Shown here: piece by piece, positions 37,801-49,800 of the stretch
How the letters are laid out: the number at the start of each line of letters is the position of its first letter
How positions within the stretch are numbered: the first letter of the stretch is position 1
From: Owenia fusiformis
Lineage: Eukaryota
Assembly: GCA_903813345.2 (NCBI GenBank)
Contig: CAIIXF020000001.1
Coordinates: 21,452,001-21,516,000 of the forward strand
DNA length: 64,000 nucleotides
Direction of reading: 5' to 3'
Notes under the pieces: model-generated
Told to the model about the DNA's origin: nothing
Databases searched by the model: none
Seen by the model: the letters and a program-made list of their open reading frames with translations, nothing else
Translations under genes and position numbers: made by a program

Positions 37801-40800
37801 AACAATTAGTCCCTGTCGTAACATTTGCAATGTCAATTACAAAACAAACTGGATAACGATTCAGACTTCTGGCTTAACTCACCATTATTAAAAACTCTTA
37901 TAATTCTTTGTACCAATGTCAGTAAATTGGTTAATGCTATTCCCTTGCTATTTTAGAATCTTGGTAAAGGCTATCTCATGAGGATCGTTCATTATGTCTC
38001 ATAGATATATGTTTCCGAAGATCAATATATTTCAATACATTCCATGTTGCCTGACTTTACAAGTTTTAAGCAACCCATCCAGAATAATTCAGGAGACAAG
38101 TCCACACACATCCATAATATTTGACTTCTCCTTCAGGATACAAGCTACGCACATCCATAATATTTGACTTCTCCTTCAGGATACAAGCTACGCACATCCA
38201 TAATATTTGACTTCTCCTTCAGGATACAAGCTACGCACATCCATAATATTTGACTTCTCCTTCAGGATACAAGCTACATACATCCATAATATTTGACTTC
38301 TCCTTCAGGATACAAGCTACGCACATCCATAATATTTGACTTCTCCTTCAGGATACAAGCTACGCACATCCATAATATTTGACTTCTCCTTCAGGATACA
38401 AGCTACATACATCCATAATATTTGACTTCTCCTTCAGGATACAAGCTACGCACATCCATAATATTTGACTTCTCCTTCAGGATACAAGCTACATACATCC
38501 ATAATATTTGACTTCTCCTTCAGGATACAAGCTACGCACATCCATAATATTTGACTTCTCCTTCAGGATACAAGCTACGCACATCCATAATATTTGACTT
38601 CTCCTTCAGGATACAAGCTACATACATCCATAATATTTGACTTCTCCTTCAGGATACAAGCTACGCACATCCATAATATTTGACTTCTCCTTCAGGATAC
38701 AAGCTACATACATCCATAATATTTGACTTCTCCTTCAGGATACAAGCTACGCACATCCATAATATTTGACTTCTTCTTCAGGATACAAGCTACGCACATC
38801 CATAATATTTGACTTCTCCTTCAGGATACAAGCTACACACATCAATAATATTTCATATCTCCTTCAGGATATAAGCTACGCACACCCATAATATTTCATA
38901 TCTCCTTCAGGATACAAGCTACACACATCAATAATATTTCATATCTCCTTCAGGATACAAGCTACACAGATAATATAATAATAATATAATATAGAATATA
39001 AGCCATCCAGAACATATCACTTCTTCAGGAGACAAACCATTCTCACCCAGAATAATTCAGTTCTCCCACAGGAGACAAGATATTTCACTACAAAATTACA
39101 AACCACTCCCACTCAGGACATTTCACTTTTATAAGAGCAACATACAAATATTTAATTTCACCATCGGGGGGGGGGGGCAAACCATACACATCCAAAATAT
39201 TCCATTTTTCTTTCATGCTTATCCATAATTATAATCCCTTTATCCCATTTTATGGCTATAAAATCCCGAATTTCATTATTGACTGAAATAGGTTGTTGTT
39301 AGAGCTTGTATATTTTCAATGCAACAATGTTATATGTTTTGTATAGCATGCATGCAAGTTATCAATTATTTATGGTTTACGTGGCAACATATTCAGTTGG
39401 GAAACAAATAAAATGACTATACCATATTATTTATCTACTTGTATTAAGTAAATTGAACAATGTTGGAACAGAGGAAATAAATTATATGTTGGCAATAAAA
39501 TAAATCAGATGGAGCCAATAACAATGATAATTAACTCCTTGTATATAGAAATAATTTGTTTTGAAGGAGTCAAAGAAGAATTCCATTTCATTGATAGATA
39601 AAATTATTAGTGGAGAGTAAGGTTTAAAAAAATTCTGATAAAAATCAGCATTTTTTTAAGTTTCCCAGAAATCTCATCTAAAAAAACATTGTGAGCAGTT
39701 TCAGAGAGAGAGAGGGGGGGGGGGGTTGTTTTTACGAAATGCGCAATAGAGCTTTGACAATTATGTACAATCAGCTACGTCACACTTTGATGTGAAACTA
39801 CAAGTTTCTTCAGTTTGAAATAAATGTACCTTCCTCAGGACATGCAGGATGAAAGTTGTACTTCGGTCAGTAGAAATATTTCATCCTTTGATACGGCACC
39901 TTGATTAGGATAGACATGTTAAGCTAGATAAGATGGGGGATAAGAGAATTATAGACAGAAATGAGACTTTGAAGAATATTGCAAGTTAAGGCTATAAAAA
40001 AGAGGGGTTTAGTAGAGATCACCTGCGGAATCATCTTCAAGAAGCAATGAGTTGAACAGGTTGATATGGCTATGATCTATAAACAACAAACAAGGGCCTG
40101 TTTTCAAATATCATATCTCATGATTACTGAAGTTCTGTTTTCATTTGTGATATAGTTATCGGAGAAAATTTAATTTGAGTTATCATAACTCAGGTATCAC
40201 CCCAAACATTTTTTATGAAGAAAAGACAACTAGTATTTTGAAATAACCTTTTGTTTATATATAATTGATCATTTGAAATAGTCACTTTTAATTTAATCAG
40301 TCAATTTAGACTTGATTTGCTAAAATGCATTTTCCAATATATACTGACCTTCTGTGATGATTCTAACCAGTGGCATAGTATGATAACATCAGCCATTTTT
40401 CACCCATCATTGATTTTCTGTAAGTGAATAAATGGTTTATTTAAGCAGATAAGTTTGCTTGGCATCATCTAGGGACCATCAGATATCCCTAGTGACCATT
40501 GTAATAGTTAAGGGCCTAGATTATATGATGTATGAATCATTGTTATTAGTACTAGGATACTATGTTTCTTTTTCTTTATTTCTCATTGTTTGAATTTTGG
40601 TGCTCTGTTCAGGAGGTGATCATTTAGCGACTTCTTGTAATATTACAGTGAAGAAACAGGTATTCTTGTACATCATCAACTTAGACCCTAAAATTACCCT
40701 CAAAATATGTTTTATGTCACCAGCACTTGTGGTAGATGTCATAAAACATAAAAGTCGTGTTTCGCATCTGTAGCAAAAGGCAGGTGGTAACATTTTGTAT

Positions 40801-43800
40801 GTTAATGCCTTGTTTGTTTTTGAAAGAATATAACATTTGTCAGTTACCAGTTACCTAGGCACTATATAGCTACAGGAGACTTACTGGCGGATCCAGAAAC
40901 CAACAAGGGGGGGGGCAAATTTTGAGTCAGGAAAAAATTGTCCACACTTGCATGGAAAAAATTTCGGGCCAAAAATTGGGCCCAAATCTTGAAAATTTAA
41001 ATCCATTTTTGATAATTTGGCCTAACAAAGGCTTAAAAAGGCCAAATTATGGCTAAAAGTACCAATTTTTTGCTGCCCTACGAAGTTTCTGGGCCCAAAA
41101 ATGTTTGGGATCCTAGAGTTTTTTACCCCTCCCCCTCCCCTGGATTCACCAGTGAGACATGTGTTTTTCTGGTTTGTTGTTTGACAGATGTTCTTCAGTA
41201 AAGATGGAAGCCTGTGTAAAAATGAGAATTCTTGTTTGTCATTGCTATTAACATACAGTTTGTCTATGTTGAATCTGGTTGCTTCATTTCATTTCACTTT
41301 ACTCGTTTTAACACATTGCATCAGGCTCCCAAGAATATTTTTTCACTCACATTTATCTTTCATTCTTATGCTCGGCACATGTGTTTTCATCACATCTGCT
41401 TTCTTACAATGGATATCTTCAATAGATGTTTTTTAAGAAAGGAGATATGCAAAGGCACCCTATGCAGACAGAGCCTGTGGGAAATATTGGGTGCGGCGCA
41501 AATGAGCGGAGGGTGCGGAGCTAACGGTCATTTTTTAATTTAAAATTGGGATATTTCTGAAACTAAGCCGTTTTGGGACTTCAAATATACCAAGATGTGT
41601 GTATTTGACACCAAATATCAATAAAATTGTGAAAATAGTAGTGCAATTCATTTTATAGCGACGCAGTATGCCTTAAACATTTCCCAGACCTATATATTTT
41701 GAGACTATCCTTTTAATACTGCGTCCCCAGCATTAAAAAAAAATGGTGTTCAAGATACACTACCCATGCAAATTATTTTTGCATCTTGGAAGCCAGGCAG
41801 TATCTGTGTGATTTTATAAAAATTCGGAAATGTTCTTCAGATATGAGCCCCCTCTAAATATTGGGTGCGGAGGTACGTTTATGGAGCTCCTCCGCACCCA
41901 ATATTTAGAGGGGGCTCTATCTGAAGAACATTTCCGAATTTTTATAAAATCACACAGATACTGCCTGGCTTCCAAGATGCAAAAATAATTTGTATAGATA
42001 GTGTACCTTGAACACCATTTTTTATGAATGCTGGGGACTCAGTATTAAAAGGATAATTTCAAAATATATAGGTCTGGGAAAGGTTTAGGCACACTGCGTC
42101 GCTATAGAATGAATTGCGCTACTATTTTCACAATTGTATTGATATTTGGTGTCAAATACACATATCTTGGTATATTTGAAGTCCCAAAACGGCTTAGTTT
42201 CAGAAATATCCCAAATTTAAGTTCAAAAAAGACCGTTAGCTCCGCACCCTCCGCTCATTTGCTCCGCACCCAATATTTCCCACAGGCTCTGTCTGCATAG
42301 GGTGAAAGGTATAGTGTTCTGTTCATGTATAGCTATGGCATGTACTGTTAATTCTGACCAATCATAATGCAGTATGTGTTATGCATGGTTTCGCAGCCTT
42401 TGGATGCTTTTTAGGTTTTTATATAATCTTTTTTATTATTTTTTTTAATTACTTTTTTATTATTCATAGAAAACATTTGAAAGCTTATTTATTAACCTTA
42501 GCACTCCACTTCATCTCATGTTTAAATGCATATAATGCATATAAATCCATTGGCAAAGATTATCAAATACTTAAAAGGAGCTCTCTCTAAAGTGATTGGT
42601 GGACCAGGGCCCTGGCCCCCTCCCTTAGAGGAGTCCCTGAAAAAAATTAGGGGCCCACCTGGCACATAATCTGGGTAACAGAAGAAATATATACATAACA
42701 AATTGACATTACTGGGCAAATTATTTTTTGATTTTGAGCCTAATTCTATAGAAAATAGGCTTCAAATTGCCAAGTTTGGGCTTATTGGGATGTTGTTTTT
42801 TCAATCCAATTTTTAGACCCTTTCCTCTTGATATCCAGGACCACCATGCTTCATATAATGTCATATTTTTAAATTAAAAGTAATATTAGAACCCCAGTCT
42901 AATTGATTTTGCAAATTTTAGAAAGCAACACCTTCAAGTAATGGTGATTACACAATACATTGAGTCTTGGGCTTAAATTCATTTCACACATTGCAAAATA
43001 TTTTCTACAAAATCATCTAAAAGATACAACATCACAAGAACATATCTTCACATGCGAAATGACTCCACTGCAATTATTACGTTCAACAATAAATTTAAAT
43101 GTTAGAATTAGATACATTATTATCCAACGTACAAAAGGCTCATTTTAGAGTTTACCGTAGTCCGTATCCCTATATAAGTCTTTCTATCATGATATTTTCC
43201 TCAGTGGAAAATCATGAGGTTTAGGACAAATGGGATTTAGACAATTTGGATTCGGATGATTGGGGGATTTGGATGAGATTTGGACCAATGGTGTGTTCAC
43301 CTGAAAACCTGTGTGAACATTTTATTCTTACATGTATTTTGCAAAATGTATGTTCTACAAGATAGGATAGAATCTAGGAAAGTACCTGCAATAGTCTAGG
43401 AATATAAGATGAAGAATCATCAAAGGAGGGGTCAACTCAAACTATCAATATTTGTGTTAATACTCACTGGTAGATCCATTAAGGCCCATTATTTGATAAT
43501 TTAGCAAAAAAATGCCAAATTATGCCTAAAAAAGGCCCATTTTTTGAGGCCCTACAAAATTTTTGAGGTCCTCAGATTTTTTCTGGGCCCGCCAAAGGGG
43601 GTAGCCTATTTCGCCAACAAATGCTTCGTTGGCAATGATTAAGGCACCATGCAATTCAATAGTTCTTTATTTAAAGTTTCTGGCAATTCAATTCTGTGAT
43701 GGTTTTCTTTCAGTGGATTAGTTCATATAACATACCCCTGTAACAATATATAATAAGTAACATTCTGTCTCACATTAAGAAAATCTAGAAACCTTGACAT

Positions 43801-46800
43801 TCTCCCTCAAGCCAATTGCATATTTTCGTATTTGCAATCTGTGCTACAAATAGTCAGCAGTTGGTCCATATATCACATAAGCTCCATAGAATCATTAGAG
43901 AACGATAGAAACAGTACCTGGATATACTCGGCTAAACAACAATTGTTATTTATGTCAAATTTCGCCAACAATAACACGAGGAAACAAAACTTGCGTGGAT
44001 TATCAAGAAAGCTATTTAATTTAGCGGAGAGGAATCAGAACTTTTTTCTTACAATGGGGAGGGAATGGCCAGAGGTAGGAATAATCTTCAAATTTTTGTT
44101 TTTGTGTTGACGACAGTTATGCTGAGTTAGGTGTTTTAAGTAAGATATCTCAAGGAGCCTAAGATACTTTCTTGATGATAGACATTTTATTTGTGATATT
44201 TGAGTAAAAAACATTCTATTGTTATTACAAAATGGAAATATTTGATTTTTTAAAAAATAATTCATTATATGTTTATAACTAAGAACAATTCTTTATTTAA
44301 GTACTGCTTGCTATATGCGAATAAATATGACACTGTTTTTCACTTCAATTATTCAAAGTCATGCAACTATTCCATAGAGATAAATGAACCATAAAACCAA
44401 TATTGTCGAAAATTGGCTGTCACAGTTTATTTGTTGAAGTAGTTTTCTTAAATCTTTATGTCGTTTGTCTTGTCATGATGAGGTCTCTCTGAATTGCTTA
44501 TATGGTAATGAATGCCTTATATGGTAATGAACGCTGCGTTTGCTTCATTCAGGCTTTGTCACTGATTGAGGCACTATTAGGAAATTTTTAATGCAGTTGC
44601 AAATATAAAGTGCAAAGGAACATTGATCAGAATCAAATTTCTAATTTCATCAATTTTTCACTTTTCTACTATTAATGCTAGGATTATTGTGTTTGCATAA
44701 AATCTTCAGAAATGATCGTAAGGTATGTACAGATATATGTGCTATATATGTTTTATATTACTGAAATGTCATTGATGAAATATTGTAACTGGTGAATTAT
44801 CATACGTGGAATCATCCCTTTTTAACATGTAAATATTTCATCTCAATTAATTGTAAGGTGATCCATTTCTCTAACATTGTCAAGTATACCATCCTTCTTC
44901 AAAGGACTTCATTTGTGCTTAAATTGGAAAGAAGTAAAATACCCTTGGACCAAGGATGAAGTATACGGGTCCTTAATTTTTTGATACATTCATACAATAT
45001 AATATGATATAATTTGAGAAAAATATTATGCATATCTGGGATGAGATTATTCCATATAGAATGTAGCCTTTGCTTCCGTTTTATGATTATTGAACCTTAA
45101 AGGTAGAATCAGATCTACAGGGGTGACAAAATTACAAGAAACATGTACAAATGACCTACCAATTTATTCCTTACAATCTCAAATACAAAAAAACCCAAAA
45201 GATTTGTGATATGTTATAAATTGATGAAGTTATCATGGATTCAAAGTGCAAAAATGGGTGTTTAAATTCTCCCAAATAATAAGAATGGTAACCATTCTTA
45301 TAGAAAAATAATACATTATTGTAAAAATCTTTAGTTTTCCTGAAATCTAGAGTGTACTTTTGGGATTTTTAGAAAATAGACATGATAAGGAATGACATGG
45401 GCCAGAAATATTCTAAAAGTGAAACAATTTTTTGTTGGCCTGGTCGCTAGATCTGATTCTCGCTTTAAAGGAGAAAAATGTTCTCAGAAAAGTACTGGTT
45501 CATTATCGTTTTGCAAAATAACAAATTTATGAAGCTGTTTTACCATAGGGAGAACATCATATTTAATAATTCTTGATTATGCCTTAATAAATTTTTTTGG
45601 CTCGTTTAACATGGTCAACCCATTAGTCTAAATTCCATTGGCCTGAAACCTATTCATAACCTGATGGTCCGAAGCCCATTTGTCTGGAATCCATTGGTTC
45701 GAATCTCAGTAGTTTTAACAAAATGAATGATGGACTTTTAAAGCCATTTCTTTGAAATTGAAAAAAAGTTTCTCATATCACATTTTGTTAACATTGGGTA
45801 AGACTACAATATTATCCAATGTAGTTTAAACTTATATGGGGCCTTTAATACCGTAGGGTTAGGCACAAATGCTTTCTGTACCCAGAACAACAGAAGGGAG
45901 TGAGGGGCTCGAAAGCTTTTGTGCCTAGCCCTAAGGTATTTATTACTTGATGTAATACCTGATCTGAAGTTTATATAATGATTCGAACATGAAAACGCAC
46001 CAAAATTTTTTGAATATTCATTATGGCCCGCCATCACTATGTATCTTCGCTATGACATCACATATTATTCATATTACGAGGTATTATATCAACAAATAAA
46101 TACTGGGTGAAATATTGACTTTGTTCACAGTTTATAGAAGGCGTGAATACAGTTATGTTCAAATTTAAGTTACGGGTCTGGTGAGTTTTATTCTGTACTG
46201 GTTAATATGTAGAACCTGTCAGTCCCAGTACCCTATGAAAGCACTGGTTATATTGTTCCATTGCATCAAAGACTATAAAAATGACTTTTCTCAGTATTGT
46301 GTATCATGTAACCATTAGCATGTTGAAGCTTTCTGTACATACATACCCTGATTGTCAGACCATATTACATGAGTGAAATCAAACTATTGGAAAAGGTACT
46401 GCATGCAGGGTAATTTAGATTAAAAGAGATTGAGATATATAGCTTCTGGGAGGGATTCACCCTTTGGGAAATTGTAGACAACAGTATATGGAGCTTATGG
46501 TGGGTCCAATCAGCTTTAAAAGTATATTTAAAGCATTTAAAGCCAGAAACATAGTTCAAAGGAATGCCAAGGGAAAATGCCTAGGAAAAATCAATCTGAG
46601 GTTTCTAGCTTAAATAAGTTCATTTTGAAAATCAAAATTAATCAAAAAGATTCATTTCCACTATTTCTTTCACAAATGCCCATGATGTAGTTTTCACCAT
46701 TTTTCCAGAGACTAAATCATTGACAGACATCTCCAATAAGCCCATGGTTTATCCAAATCTTTGTATATGGAGTCAGTGTTGTTGATACAACCATCTCACC

Positions 46801-49800
46801 ACCATGAAAACAGGATAATTGAGTTCTGATCAGTTACAAGATCTAAAGCCCATGGAACCTTCAAGGTTGTAACATTTCAAATTATTTCTCTCATCCTTCA
46901 TGGAGAGCTACATATAAGTTATTCAAAGTATTTAAGTTGCTTTTAGGGGTCATCTCATAGGTTTCATTCCTTCTTTGTGTTATCTACTTCTATAACAGCA
47001 TTTGTTGAGACAGAGTTTTGGAAGTATTTTTGAAATAAAATAGTTTTCCAGAACATTTTCTGCAAGTTTATGTTTGATAATTGACCTTCTACCACCCACA
47101 TCAGGCCCGTAGCCAGGGGGGGGTTCGCAGGGTTCACATTGCATGATTTTGAGCACTTCTCAAGTGATTTTAGCCATTTTTGGGCCAAAATTGTCAAATG
47201 TGAACCCCCCTTGGAAATTTTGGAAAAATGAACCCCTTTGAAAATCCTGGCTACGGGCCTGCACATTCAAAATAAATGCAAAACATTAAAGAGAGTAGAA
47301 AATGTTAAAAGCAATCTTTTTGAAAAGTAAATTACAATAAGCTATCTGGTCAAATGTATAAGGGGGCACCTGCTTTTTCAAAATAATTGCCAAATAACCT
47401 GCAAGGAATAATATAAGAACTGTTAGACATTTTAGAAAATAGGCAAGACATTTTAGAAAATAGGCAAGACATAATATGTATAGTATAAACAAAAAATATT
47501 TAATTTATATGACAATTTAAGAATGTTTCGACTCAACTCTAGCTTTTTTGCAACTTTGATTTTTGAACACCTCAATTTGTTACTTTATGTTACATCCATT
47601 TTGTAGTAGCCACAAGAATGAAGGTATCCTCCAATATCTCCTAAAGGAGAAGGTAGATCTCCCAAAAGTGATTGTCTTATTTCATGTTCAGTCCTACATC
47701 TAAGTTCTTTCTGTTTTCAGAATAAACTAGGGATGGTGACAGTTAGTGTCGGAAAGAGCAGAGCTCAACCAATCAGACTGAAGCTCTCAACGGAAACACT
47801 AATTCTACAGCGAGAAGAATTAGTCTATGTACAGTCAGAAATTACACAAAAAGACCCTGCAATTCTTTCTCGGGTAAGTCTGTTAAATACTTTACTCAAA
47901 CCTATTATAAAGACTCATGGTTACAAAGCCAATTAGTATTGTGACTAGATAGTGTTTGTTCCTCAACATTAGATCCTGTGTAACTCTGTATATTTGAGCT
48001 CATTTGTAATTCTAGTACAATATTTTCCTGCTGATAATCTTTTTTAAATGTCTGTTTCTGAACACCAAATGCATTGCGAATATTCTAAATAGGTTTATAT
48101 TTTCTTGTCACTGGCAAAAGGTGGTGGCATGTTGTCACTTGTTACACAGCCAGTTAAAACTTCTTCAAAATGATGCATTTTGGCAAATACCATCATAATA
48201 AAGGATATGTTACTAAAAATGTGCCTTTTCTCAAACTTGGATATTAACAGAAAAAAATGTTCAGTTATGGGTCATTCTGGGTATTTGTTAATTCAATTTT
48301 AGTGTATTTAATGGTAGGAGTTAAAGACCGGGGCCCTTTAAGATAAATGTGCCTTAAATTAATATAAAGCTTTACCAAGAAGTCTGTAATTACAAATTCC
48401 CCAAATTAAATAGTGCCAAAATATCCCTGGTTACAACATACTGTATAAAGGGGCAATTATTGCTTGGCTAAAATCAATGTGTTAATTTGTTCCTTTATGG
48501 CTAATACCATTATATTAAATGAATTTATTATATTGAGAACTCATTATATAAGTTTTCATTGCTCTAGATCCGGGTTGTGATGATACCAAGAGAAAAGAAT
48601 GGTGGCCTGGGAGTGAGTGTGAAAGGTGGCGCTGAACACAACCTACCAATACTAATATCAAGAATATTTAAAGACCAAGCAGGTATGGGAATCTTTAAAG
48701 ATATATATCAAGTGTCCCTCCCCAGTTTAGAATAGCTTGTTATTCCCTGATAGTAAAATATAGACTCAATCTCACCAGTCATCATAATAAGAATGGTAAC
48801 CATTCTTATAGAAAAATAGTACATTATTGTAAAAATCTTTAGTTTTCCTGGAATAAAGTACGCACTTTTGTGATTTTTAGAAAATAGACATGACAAGGAA
48901 TGACATGAGCCAAAAATATTCTAAAATTGAAACAATTTTTTGTTTAGCCTGCTCGCTATATCTGATTCTCTCTTTAAACTAAGCAGCATGAGTTCGTAAA
49001 TATTTGAGGTGTTAGGCCTCATACCATTTTCAAAACTGATCGATCTGTTAACTAGATGCACTTTTCTCAAACTTAGATATTAACAGAAAATAACAGAAAA
49101 TGTTCAAGTTATGGGTCATTGTGTGTATTTTTTTATCAAACTTTGAAAAGGTGCTGTATTGCTATCGTCTTGGGCTGATGGACAGGTGGGTGGGTGAAGG
49201 TGTGGGAGGGCACCACAAAAATCAAATCTTGTGTGTTAAATTTGGTGTATTTAAGGATGAGAGTTAGAGACTGAGGCCCTTTAAAATAATTTATACCACA
49301 CAGAAAGATTAATAACTTTCAAGCTGATCTATAATTGGAAAATCCTGTTGCTAATTTCTAGAAAATTTACGATAAGAGCAGTGTTAGGTACACTTGACTA
49401 GTTTTAACTAATCTTGGCTGTATAGTAAATTTGAAATGTTTATCAACATTGTTTAATCATGGAAAAATGAGTACATGTACTTGGCATGTAGCTACAAATA
49501 AACAAAATAAATAAAAACTATTTCAACTAGATACTACAAAACAATATACAAGTGGGATGAATATCATACTTCAAAGCCGATACTAAGTTAAGCTAGGATG
49601 ATAAATTATCAGGCTGGCAAGCTGTCTGCTTTGTCTGATTTATTCTTTACTTCCCTGTTTGGAAAATTAGACTTGGGAGATTAATTATAGAACACATCTG
49701 TATTTGAAAGAAGTGAGAACATTTGTTTTTATTCCGATTTGAGTAAATTATACAGGGTGGGCAAATAAAAATGGGACACTCATATTCTATTTTAAAGAGC

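Noticed and set aside
38109..38968. CRISPR-like array
   Set aside because: The units are contiguous with no unique spacers, there are no cas genes, and the context is a eukaryotic intron.
39730..40090. Coding-like stretch (DKMGIREL..EMRL) suggesting a decayed gene or TE ORF
   Set aside because: It has multiple stops and too little recognisable signal to name.
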